A DNA stretch of 61,133 nucleotides, taken from the NCBI GenBank assembly GCA_002256025.1, contig NKIB01013264.1:1-61133 (forward strand), read 5' to 3'. The notes under the pieces are model-generated. The model worked only from the letters and a program-made list of their open reading frames with translations, was not told the DNA's origin and did no database searches. Source of the DNA: Asterionella formosa. Lineage: Eukaryota. A program made the translations under genes and the position numbers. Positions within the stretch are counted from its first letter, which is position 1; every line of letters starts with the position of its first letter. This document shows, one piece after another, positions 24,723 through 36,122 of this stretch.

Positions 24723-26863
24723 GACAGTTCCTCGAAAGTCTTTTGCTTGCAATTCTTTGTCTTTAGTAGGCTAAGGGAAATATTTTAAAACGGCAATCAC
24801 GTCAATCAAATTTGGTACATAAGCTGGCGAAGGTCTGTTCAGCGTGTTGTTAATACAGAGGAATCGCCGACGTTTCCCGTTCTTCCTCCTGTGCTGCAGG
24901 TGGTTGTCGAGAGCGACAAAAAGAGTACAGGCGTATTATCATAGCTGTTAATTAGATCGTAAGATGTACTCCGAGTACAGTATAGCAAACCCTGTGGCTG
25001 ACGCCTTGACTTTTGTAGGAGGGGAGGAACTGAGCCAGCAACATCAGCATGGCTGGAAGCATTGGGGACGCATACTACCGATAATATTATAATTTATTGC
25101 GCAAGGAAGATTATGCATATAAAAAGCATAGAGGACCTTCCTTTACGACCGCATTGTTGCAGCGCGCGTAGTATCGAATTGTGCGTTGAGGATGCCATAG
25201 GTATGCTGCCATGCTTTTCAGCCTATCATGCAAACGTGAATGCTGACGAGGGAGGATGCTAAAGTCAAATGACCAACCGTCTTCTTAAATTATGTACGGT
25301 ATATAGAATCAATCGAAACGGATACAGTAGCAGGCAGTCGCGAAGGCGCGCAGGCAGGGGTTTGCATGGTTCCCTGGTTACCTACCTGGCGATTCCAGCT
25401 CCTCCAGCTATCGTCCTGTTGCCACTCGGGAACCTGTGCAAGTTGCGGTATTTTTGCTGAAAACAAAGATTTAGTTATCTTTATCCCATGGCAGAGAAAT
25501 ATTACAACGTGCCCCAGGTAAGCAAAGTCATTCAATAGTTAACAGGCACAGTATGGTGGAAATATGTATGACCAATCCATATGTATGTTGAACGACCCAT
25601 GCATGGATTTATATCGGGCAGCCAACACCTACCTGGCTGGTACCTGGTACCAGACAGCAGTAAAACCAACAGGATATGAAATTAATTAAATAGCACACAT
25701 TAGTAGAATTAACATTTGGTAAACGTTTTTCTCTGTGTCCGGCGATGATTGGATTCGTCATGATTTGCAATGCAGCTGTATATATTGTGTTTCCACTTTC
25801 CTTTACAACCCAGATCGAAATGTTAGTTTAAGCAAAATGACCACAACTTGCTCTGGTAGTCTACTTCTTATTCCCACCATTACAAAATGTACATATAATG
25901 ACTCCTACCTTGGTTGGACCACACTTATCCATAGCTAATACAGAAAGAACTGATAATACATTGCAACACGGAGCAGATGACAAAAAATATTGTAACTACA
26001 GTTTACAAACAATATGTAAATTACGACTCACTATCACTTCATTTCAACCTCAACCAAATGATAGAATGTAGATGAAGTGATTCATGAATATTTAATAGCT
26101 AGCTAGTATTAGAAGCCTCAGTTCTACTTGTTCTGTCGACAATTGTTCATTCATTATTGCTTCATCAGGTGGCTACTTGAACCAAATTCCCTCATTCATT
26201 TCAATAACTAGCAATTCATTTGAATCAAAGTTTCAAAATCAGAACTTGGTACATACTGACATGTATGTATGCGCAGCCATCAGGTACCGGTATTACTCCA
26301 TAATATACTGGTAAGTCATACCCGTCCAGTATCATTCTCTATTTATCTACCGGTACATCAATCTCCACGTCCGGTATTTTATATACAGGTAGACGAACCA
26401 TTATTCCTGGTACTCCGAGTACCGGAGTACCAGGTACTCCACCACCAGGTAAGTACGGAGTATGTAACAGGCCCCAGGAAAGTGGTGGTAGATTCAATGC
26501 ATCACATACCAATCTCAATCTATGGTATGCACCATCAGAATCCATCATCCGTTTTACTCTGTACAAAGGTATTGATTGCAGCAAGCCATTATTAGGTTTT
26601 TTCTGCACCTAAAATTCCAAGAACTGAAAAGGAAGTTTAACTTTGTCTATAGGCTTGTACCAACAACATTTGTCTGTAGGACGAGAAAAAATTCTCAATC
26701 ATTTCCTGAATATTAGGTGCGGAATAACCTTGGGCAGTTTACTTAGCCTGAAATTCCCCAGCTTCTAAGTAATTTTTAGGCTCTAAGTCATTTGTTAAGT
26801 CATTTTTATTTAGGGGCACATCGAATTTTTCGGGCATGAGAATTGCCGATTTTAGCATGACAG

Positions 26864-29005
26864 CCAAGGCATGAAATAGATCACGAGCTTGCTTGGATCT
26901 TTCAAATTGACGTTCAGTGTAGAATGTTTTGTTTTCTTCAACTGTATTTAACATTTGAGAATTTTCTGCCTTAATTGTTGTAGGAGGCTTGAAAACATAT
27001 AGATTCATCCCAATTCTTTCAAATCGAACTGGTTTGTCAGGCAAATGAACAATAAATGCATCTTCTTTCTCAGAGTTGTAGATAATTCTGTATCTATCTG
27101 TCATTTCGGCACAACTGAAGATGTTGGTGATTGCCTTGTCATTGAATAATACTTCTCCCTATTGTGGAAGATCAGCCTTCATATTAGTGACCATGGATCG
27201 ACCATTTGTGGCCAGGTGCAAGTTTCCGTTAGTCGGCACTCGAATGTTTTCAACAATTTTTTGATTGCAAAAGACTGTTACACTTGATTGATTATCCAAT
27301 AGTATCCAGTCTCCCATCTCAGATGCTTGATCAAATTGTAGTTTGATATGAGCTCCCGCCCATCCAACTCGATTGACATTCGCTTGTTGTGAAGCTTGTG
27401 ATGATGGTGGGTTGTTGATATTAACAGAGGTAACCGTACTCATTTCCGATGTAGTAGCCTGTGCATGGCTTTGTTGGGCCTTGTTGATTGCCCATTCCTC
27501 TTTGGGTTTATTCTTTTTGCGACATGACAGTGATTTATGTCCAGCTCTTCCACAGCAGTAACATTTTCCTTCTAACTGTGCAAACGATAAGTTCACATCT
27601 TCATCATCCTTCCCTGCATCCTTTTGTTCCCTGTCTTTATTATGATATCCTGGTTTCTTGTGACTGTTGGGTTTATTTGTTACGTCGAACCTGTGGTTAC
27701 TGAGAACATTATTTGATTCTGTGATACTCTTTGGGTATTGATCATTGCCGAGTGTTCAGCCCGGTCATAATTGATCCATATTTGGCCTTATCTGCATTAT
27801 CGAGGTATAAATAGGCCATAAATTGACTGAAAGCTTGTTCGCGAAATTTATCTTGTAGCTTGATGTCTGTCTTGTTGTACCCATCCATGGCTTCAATGAG
27901 CTTGGTGAGGATAATGGGTCCTTCAATGTGTGACTTGAGCACATCTTGTGCCACACAAAACCTCTTGGTGTAGTCTTGTAGACTTTCTCCTTCTTTTGCT
28001 TTGTATGTAAAAAGCGTTCTCATTGCATCTAAAATGATCGACATTGAATATCAATTTTCTTGAAAATTTATTGCGTGTTCTTTAATTGCCATAAGCAATT
28101 TTATTGGGTTATTTTAGATCCTATTGTAATCGGTTCTCGCTTCAATCTTGTTCTTCATGGCTTTGTTGCATCTTTCCCAGAGCAACGCATATGCCTTGGA
28201 ATTATTGTTTTCGTAGGCCTGTACCCTTTTACTGTAGGTGTCATAATCAGCCTTGAACTCAATCTCATATTGTCGATTCTCTGCAGCGGGATCTTCTTCT
28301 GTTGTTGCAATGCTCACTTGCATTCTTGGCTTCCATGCCGATGTGTTAATTGGTTCTAACAACTTTAGCGCCGTTCCTATGTCGTTGCCATAGTCGAACA
28401 CTTTCTTGATGTAGTTGATGAGGTACTCAGTAGTAGTCTCATAATCAGATGCCTGCTCCACTGATCCGAGGTAGTAGTTATAGTCATTAACTGACTTCTT
28501 GATGGTGTGAGAAGCATTATTGCTCCCTCCCTTGGCTTGAAACTTGCCCTTGGCCTGAGCCTTCTTGGAAAACTTTCCTTTGCCACTCATGATTCGCCTT
28601 GTGCGATTTCTTCAGACTCTGGTTGTCTGGTACCCTCAGATCTTGTCTCCGGACTCTCAACGGTCCACCTGTTGTTGATTGTAATATTACGGCTCTTCCT
28701 TGCCAGCTAATTCTACTAAAACAGTTGAAATTGCGTCCCAAAGCCCTCTATTGCTTTCTTGTATCCTGTAAGGACACGTCAGGGAACAAATAGGCTGTAG
28801 ATATGAACAACGATGTTGCAGTAATCGATTTTAATAGTTCCTAAGAGTTTTAGTAGAATTATGGATTTTACTGGCGATGCAGAGGATTGTTTTCGAATTC
28901 TGAGTTTTCTCTGGTAGTACCATATTCTTTTTTGATTCATTCAATTCAATATGTAGTAGGTAATTCATACCGGAATTTTTCTTTCCTAAAATAATTTCTC
29001 CAACA
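26864..29005 (-). mobile_element. Copia element 2, 5' half (5' LTR, gag, zinc knuckle, protease), inverted
   Basis: Gag ATG at 28590 (YYLGSVEQASDYETTTEYLINYIKK); knuckle CYCCGRAGHKSLSC; protease WILLDNQSS; ends at ARDLFHAL at 26864. Confidence 0.93.
28723..29005 (-). repeat. 5' LTR of copia element 2
   Basis: Reverse complement aligns end to end with 34063-34339 (about a dozen substitutions, two short indels). Preceded by GTCAT on the element strand (ATGAC at 29006-29010). Confidence 0.95.
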
Positions 29006-29904
29006 ATGACCCGCCGGAATGTTTGGACTTTCAAGGAATGGGATCAAGATCAACATCATGGTTTGAAAATTTGATTGTGTGCAGTGATGAGGGTATCACT
29101 CAGAAGAAATTAAAGTATGGCCGATGACAATTAACCTGCCTTGTCAATTGCGTTGGGTGTGGTGTGGCATTGGAGCATGGTAGTGCATTGAATGTCATGT
29201 TGTTGGTGTGAATGATTTAGCTCATAATGATTTCATTTTTTGGAAATCATTCAGTTGCTGCTTTGGCTGGTGGAAAGAACAAATCCGACTGGCGATTCTT
29301 GTTCGACTATGTGAACAGGGGTAAATTACAAAAGGCATTGAGTTTCATTGAAGATAAGTGGAAGCAAGCAAGCATATACAACAATTAACAGAACTTACCA
29401 CTGCTTGGGAAACGTTTTGAGACATGAGGAACATTGCAGCTATAGCTGCTGGAAGGATCAAAGGTGATGCTGGTTCCTTGGATATTTGGATTGTGAGTAA
29501 GATATACATTGTCGAGATGTTCTATTTGAAAAAAATATATAGTTTGATTGTTGGCATTACCGTAATTCTCATGGAAGCGGCCATACAACAATCAACAGAA
29601 CATATCCTAATGAATCAACCAAGACAACAGGCGCAATTTCATGATTCCTGTTTTCAAATAGGGTCTTGTTTCTTTTAGGGTACCAGAAGTGGCTTCTGGT
29701 TTGCGTTGTCATTGTCGATTTACAATAATGAAGTAAAAAAGATATTTGTGATTAGATAACCTACAGAAACAATGCTATTTTAGAACATTGGAAAAGCCAA
29801 CAATTGAGCACTAAAACTTGCTGCCGAGCGCTGATTTGATATAGTACACGTAGAAAATAAATCATAGCATTATAGTTAAAATTTAACGGCTGATTGTCGT
29901 GACA

Positions 29905-30918
29905 ATTCCCGCTCCAGCTGTCGTCTTGCCATTCGGGTGCTTATAAGTAATAATTTGGCTCTAAGTAATTTCTTAAGTAATTTTTATTTAGGGGCAATAT
30001 GGGGCACATCCAATTGTTTGGCAATAAAAATGCCGATTTTGGCATGACAGCCAGAATAACGGCATTGTACCGGCGCTGCAAGAAGGTCAACCTGCAAGGG
30101 TTTCCCAAGCCTTGAACACAAGAATACTCGCAGGCAGTCTCCACCCTCGGTATTGTCTTACTACCTTCAGAAGGCATGTAGCCATCGAGAAGGGTATTGT
30201 TGAGACAATTCCCGCTCCAGCTGTCGTCTTGCCATTCGGGTACTTCTAAGTAATAATTAAGCTCTAAGTATTTTTTATTAGGGGCAATATGGGGCACATC
30301 CAATTGTTTGGCAATAAAAATGCCGATTTTGTCATGACAGCCAGAATAACGGTATTGTACACAGAAATGGTAAAACAAGCGTGAAACAAACGAGAATGAT
30401 TGTAACATGCAACATCAATGAAAATTGAACATGATGTTTGGAGCAACTAAAGTATGAAATGCGATGTAATAAGCAGCGTCAAATGAGAAATAGAAAAACT
30501 GTTTTGGGTTAGAAATGAAGTAAAAATATAGGAGTTTTAATGGAGACATATGCATTGTGACGTTGTAGTACTTACACAGGCAAATACATAACGATGCAGA
30601 TCTCAATCGGGTTCAGCTTTTTCTTCTTTTCTGCATTTTTTCGGTCTTCGATTGTGTGATGGAAAGTCAACAATATTGCCTGTGTAAGTACTACAATGTC
30701 ACAATACATATGTCTCCATTGAAACTCCTATTTTTGCTTCATTTCTAACCAAAAACAATATTTTCTGTTTCTCATTTGATGCTACTTATGGAATATTTCA
30801 TATCACACTTTGGTTGCTCCAAACATAATGCTCAATTTTCATTGATATTGTATGTTACAATTATCTCATGTGTTTGATGCTTGTTTTACCATTTCTATGT
30901 ATACTACTGTTATTATGG
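29905..30918. repeat. Cluster of the dispersed GGGGCAATATGGGGCACATC repeat family, including a ~240-bp-arm inverted repeat
   Basis: 29905-30070 duplicates 30205-30360; 30340-30582 is the inverted complement of 30676-30918. Related copies at 26760-26866, 34860-34915, 43840-44310 and 58270-58680. Confidence 0.85.
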
Positions 30919-33900
30919 GTACACCGTCAATTAAATGATTTCAAGACAATAATTCACATGAATACGATCAACAATAGTCCAGTGACTACCAATGATATCA
31001 AGATTGCCGAGAAAATTTTCGGACCTGACGTCGGAACACTAAAAGGCAAGACAATTCGTCGCAAGCTGCTGCCAGTCATGAACGACTACATCGAGATTCC
31101 TAAAGAGCTTATCAAAGCTCAACGCGAAGTGACTCTTTGCATGGATGGAATGAAAGTGAATGGACAATCATTTCTCACAACAATTTCTCGAAATATTATG
31201 TATAGGACAGCACGATGGGTCAAGAATCAGACAGCTGATGTCTATCGAGATGCTTTGACTCAGGTGTTCCGTGTTTATAATACCGGAGGATTTAAAAATT
31301 ACAACAATCCACTGTGACAACGAGTTTCGACCTTTGATGGCACAACTTTCCAATTAATTTCAAGTCACTTTGAACTACGCAAACCCACAAGAACATGTTC
31401 CTGAAGCGGAGCGAAAAATCGAGTGATTAAAGAACGCGTGCACGCAGCTTATCATCGATTACCTTTCAAACATTTGCCTCAACTGATGATTAAGATTCTA
31501 GTCACAGAATCTGCAAAGAAACTGAATTTCTTTCCGGCAAAGAACAGGATATCCCCGTACTTCAGTCCTCGTATGATTTTTCATCAATGAAACCTGGACT
31601 ATGCTCGACATTGCCAGTATAAATTTCGCACTTATGTCCAAGCACATGACGAACCGGTGTTTTCAAACACTAATGCACCACACAGCCTAGATTGCATTTA
31701 TCTACGCTACAATGACAACGTACAAGGAAGTCATGAATTATTACACCTACCTACAAATTCATTGATCACTAGACGAACAGTTACTCCTCTACCACTTACC
31801 CCAGCAGTCATAAATCAAGTACACGCCCGTGCTGTGTAGGAAAATATGCCAGATGGTCTCAAGATATCAAATCGAATGGGACAAAAATGTTATGATAGTG
31901 CTTGGATTGCAGGAGTGCATTATGAAAATGAAGCATTTGAAGATGCACAAGACAAAGATTATGAAGATCAACAAGCTAGTGACGATGAAAGCAATGATGA
32001 CATTCTCGGAGAAGACTATAATGAAATGACTCCGGATGAAATATATGAAGCAGAACAGCTTGAATTAAACCATATCCAAGAGGATGACCCTGAACATGAG
32101 GGCAACAAAGAAAATAATGTTGAAATGAATGCAGATGAAATCCAAGATGAGGATGAAGAACCAGTAAATGAAAATGAAGAGGCAATGTTAGAAGTGAATC
32201 CAAGCACTGAGGATGACACAGACCCAAATGTTAGAACTGCAAGGTCTGGAAGAGTCTCAAGACCACCATCAAAACTAACTATAGTCCAACATCAATTGCA
32301 TACCCGAGCACACTGTCAAGAAGAATACACAACTGATAATGCGAAAGTGATCACAATGACAATGTGTTATCTGAATGAGATGTCTATTGATATAGAAGCA
32401 TTTCACTTTGTTCAGTCATACAGCTTAAGAAAAGGCCTCCAGAAATTTGGCCAGAAAGGAAGAGATGCTGCGTATAAGGAAATGAAACAACTACATGATA
32501 GAGTTGTATTTGAACCGATCAGGATTGAAGACCTAACAGAGATCGAAAAGCGACGTGCAATGGAAAGTCTAATTTTTTGGTTGAAAAGAGAGACAAGAGT
32601 ATTAAAGGCAGTGCTTGTGCCAATGGCAGTTCGCAACGTGAATACATGGAAAGAGATGAAGCAGCTAGTCCGACTACCATGACTGAATCTGTTATGATAA
32701 CAGCAACAATTGATGCAAAGCAAAATCACGATGTTATGACCGCAGATATACCCAATGCATTTGTGCAAGTGGATATCGATGAGAAATGAAAAGGGGAACA
32801 AATCATTATGAAGATTAGAAGTTTACTTGTCAATATGTTGACAGAACTCAGCCACGAGCCTTATGAAAAATGTGTTGTTTATGAAGGCAATAACAAGGTC
32901 CTATATGTTAGGATGATCAAGGCATTATATGGCATGTTACAGTCATCATTGTTCTATTACAAGAAACTTCGGAAGGATATTGAGTCAATTGGATTCAAGG
33001 TCAATCCATATGATCTATGCGTTGCAAATCGCATTGTTAATGGCAAACAGCACACAGTTACTTGCCACATAGACCATTTGAAATCTAGTCAAGTGGACAG
33101 CAAAGTGAATGATCAATTTTTGGAATGGCTCAAAACGAAATACGCTTCTGACGAAATTGGTGAAGTCAAGGTCATGCGTGGAAATAAGCATGATTATTTG
33201 GCAATGACACTAGATTACTATCTTCTAGGATTGTTGAGGGTGGATATGACCAAATATGTGAAATCAATTATTGATGATTTTCCAGAAAAACTTCAAGGTG
33301 CCGGAAAATTTCCATGGACAGATAAATTATTCACTGTTGATATGAAATCAAAGAAACTTGAACATGAAAAAGCAAAAATATTTCATACTTTTGTTCTGAA
33401 AGGAATCTTCCTATGTAAGCGAGGAAGACAGTACATTCAACCAGGAATTGCATTTCTGGCAACCCGAACTACCAAACCAAATGAAGGTGATCGGGCAAAA
33501 TTAGTCAAGATCATGAATTTCTTGAAAGCAACTCAGAATGCGGTTGCAACTATGAGTGCTGATGACACTCAGAGCATTAAATGGTATGTTGATGTGGCGT
33601 TTGCAGTACACAAAGATTTGAAAAGTCACACAGGAGCTACATTGTCACTTGAAAACGGAATTATTTGTTCTATGTCTACGAAACAGAAAGTGAACACTAG
33701 AAGTTCGACTGAAGCAGAATTGGTTGGTGTCAACGACATTATATCAAAGGTGTTGTGGACGAAATTATTTATTGAAGCACAAGGACACAAGGTAACTACG
33801 AATGTCATTTACCGTGACAACACTAGCGCAATGAGGCTAGAAGAAAATGGAAAAGCAAGTTCAGGAAAACGCACACGACATTTCAACATCAAATATTTTT

Positions 33901-34339
33901 ATATTACTGATCTTATTGAAAGAAAGGAAGTACAAATTAAGTACTGTCCAACGGATGCAATGATTGCAGACTACATGACGAAACCACTGGTTGGAACGAA
34001 TTTTATTCATTTTCGTGAGCAAATTATGAATTCAAAGTGAGCATCCGTGTCCAGCAGGAGTGTGTCGGAGAAATTATTCTAGGAAAGAAAAATCCCGGTA
34101 TGAATTACCTACTACATAGTGAATCGAATGAATCAAAAAAGAATATGGTACCAGAGAAAACTCAGAATTCGAAAACAATCTACATCGCCAGTAAAACCCA
34201 TAATTCTACTAAAACTCTTAGGAACGATTACAATCGATTACTGCAACATCGTTGTTCATATCTACAGCCTATTTGTTCCCTGACGTGTCCTAACAGGATA
34301 CAAGAAAGCAATAGAGGACTTCGGGACGCAATTTCAACA
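30916..34339 (+). mobile_element. Copia element 2, 3' half (integrase, RT, RNase H, 3' LTR), degenerate
   Basis: IAEKIFGPDVGTLKGKT; integrase IHCDNEF and EHVPEAER; RT TADIPNAFVQ, KALYGMLQS and HIDHLK; RNase H WYVDVAFAVH, SSTEAELVGV, DNTSA, RTRHFNIKYF and ADYMTKPL. Copia domain order. Confidence 0.95.
34063..34339 (+). repeat. 3' LTR of copia element 2 (277 bp)
   Basis: TGTCGG...TTCAACA. Preceded by the short purine-rich AGCAGGAGTG and followed by the TSD GTCAT (34340-34344). Confidence 0.95.
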
Positions 34340-35225
34340 GTCATCTTTCTCCTTCTCCTGTAACATCACGCCGAACCGATGCCAACAAAGTTTACAATCA
34401 CGCCCGTGCTGCTTGCTACCTCCACAACCACCACAAGTCACAGTTCTTCCAGCACCATTGGCTCCCGTGCTGTTTTAACTATTGGTTGCTGCTTCTCCAG
34501 GCCTGATTGGACATTTCATTTATTTTGCTTCGACAACATGAGAGAAGTGTAAGTTGGCAATTGTTGATGAACATGCATTGACAATTTTTCAAACGAATTT
34601 TCCATTAACTCAATTTCTTTTTCACTATTTATTCAACTCCCTGATCGTCATTGTTGCTTCTTAACTTTTGATTTCCATTGCTTAAAAACATCATCTCGAA
34701 ATTTTCGATGCTTGTTACAATCATTCTTGTGTGACTATTTTTCATGCATATTTGGGGCTCCATCCATTTTTGATGTGGCTGCTTTCGCATCAAGATTCTA
34801 CTCCTGATGTTGCTCGATGGTCCCTGCTGCTCAAACCTAAAATTAACTGCCGAAAAATCCACTGTGCCCCTATATTGCCCCTAAATAAAAATTACTTATA
34901 GATACTAAAACCTACTTAGACACCCACAGTTCTCATCGAAAAGCAAGACGATATCTACTTATGGTGTGTATTGCTCTTACAGACGTGTACACGCAGGCAT
35001 GCGACCACCTCGGGCATGTATAAATTGCCTTCAGCAAGATCACAATACGCGTAAGCCTTTCCTTTTACTTTGCCATTGTGTCAAACAACAGTAAAGAGAT
35101 TGATGATAAAAACGAGCCGCAAACAGTTTTCCACGCAGCATTACGGCTTACGATCCGACACGCCCATGAATCATTCTTCTTGGCGTTGATAGCAGGTTTC
35201 TCTTTGAAAGCACTATTGTCTTATT

Positions 35226-36122
35226 ATGTCCATGCTTAAGTTATGTCGATTGAGCATAGCTATTATTCAAGTTTACCTTGTCATGCTACCGGTACTCTTC
35301 TCGTCAGCCCTTGCATCATTTTCCTCGCCTGTCACATTGAAGCGACATCGTTTCGCCGTACTCGCTGTCGGTAATGGCTTTGGCTTGGGAAATCTCGAAA
35401 AGTCAGCGTCTAGTACAAAAATGGAGGACATATCTGCACTGCCGTATTTAGAAGTGAAGACGCGACTGCTGGATTTGTTGCCGAAACTGATGGGAAGCTC
35501 AGAAGAATTCAGACTCCTAGAAATATATGTGAATGCCCTAGAAGACAAGTATGCTCCTCCACAGACTCTAGAATTTCTTAATCTCGCCATGGGTGGCGAG
35601 TGGCAGTTGGTAAGTTGTAAAGCTTAGGGTATTACAGGTTCAATGCTCGTATAGTATAGACTAACTCCTGACCAGCTATTTTCAACGAATCTCAAAGGAG
35701 GACCCAAAACAAACTTCAGATTGCGGGATATGTTTCAGATTGTGGAGCCGCAACAGCTTAAAGGCGCCGTGACGAACACTGTTCTCTGGGACTATGCCGA
35801 AGACTCAGTTACATTTGATGCCACGGGTACTTTTTCAGTCAAATGCAATTATTCCATCAATCAGGGTGCCCGTATGAGTATGAATCTTGATGAACATATT
35901 TTGAAACCGTCCCGAGGTAGTAAGATTCCCAGTGATGTGCCTGCATTAGCGGGTCTATTATATCGGGCCATGCCGACCGAGTTTTTTGATCCGAGCAATC
36001 ATGGCATGGATACAACTTATTTGGATGGGAACCTAAGAATTGTGCGAATTACAGGTGCTCAGTTTGAGGGTGTTCGAAATATATTTATCCGTAGGGAAAG
36101 TTTTGACATTATTTCAAAGTAG
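35226..36122 (+). CDS. PAP/fibrillin-family plastid lipid-associated protein, 2 exons (35226-35609, 35676-36122)
   Basis: A 66-bp intron (GTAAG...CTAAC...CAG) joins the ORFs in frame to give GEWQLLFST; C-terminal DTTYLDGNLRIVR. Signal-peptide-like N-terminus ending ALASF; alternative ATG at 35283. Confidence 0.8.

Noticed and set aside
34037..34363. 108-aa ORF after pol (and the similar ORF 28831-29034) as an env-like extra gene
   Set aside because: It is simply the LTR sequence read in frame; the two LTR copies differ in stop position.
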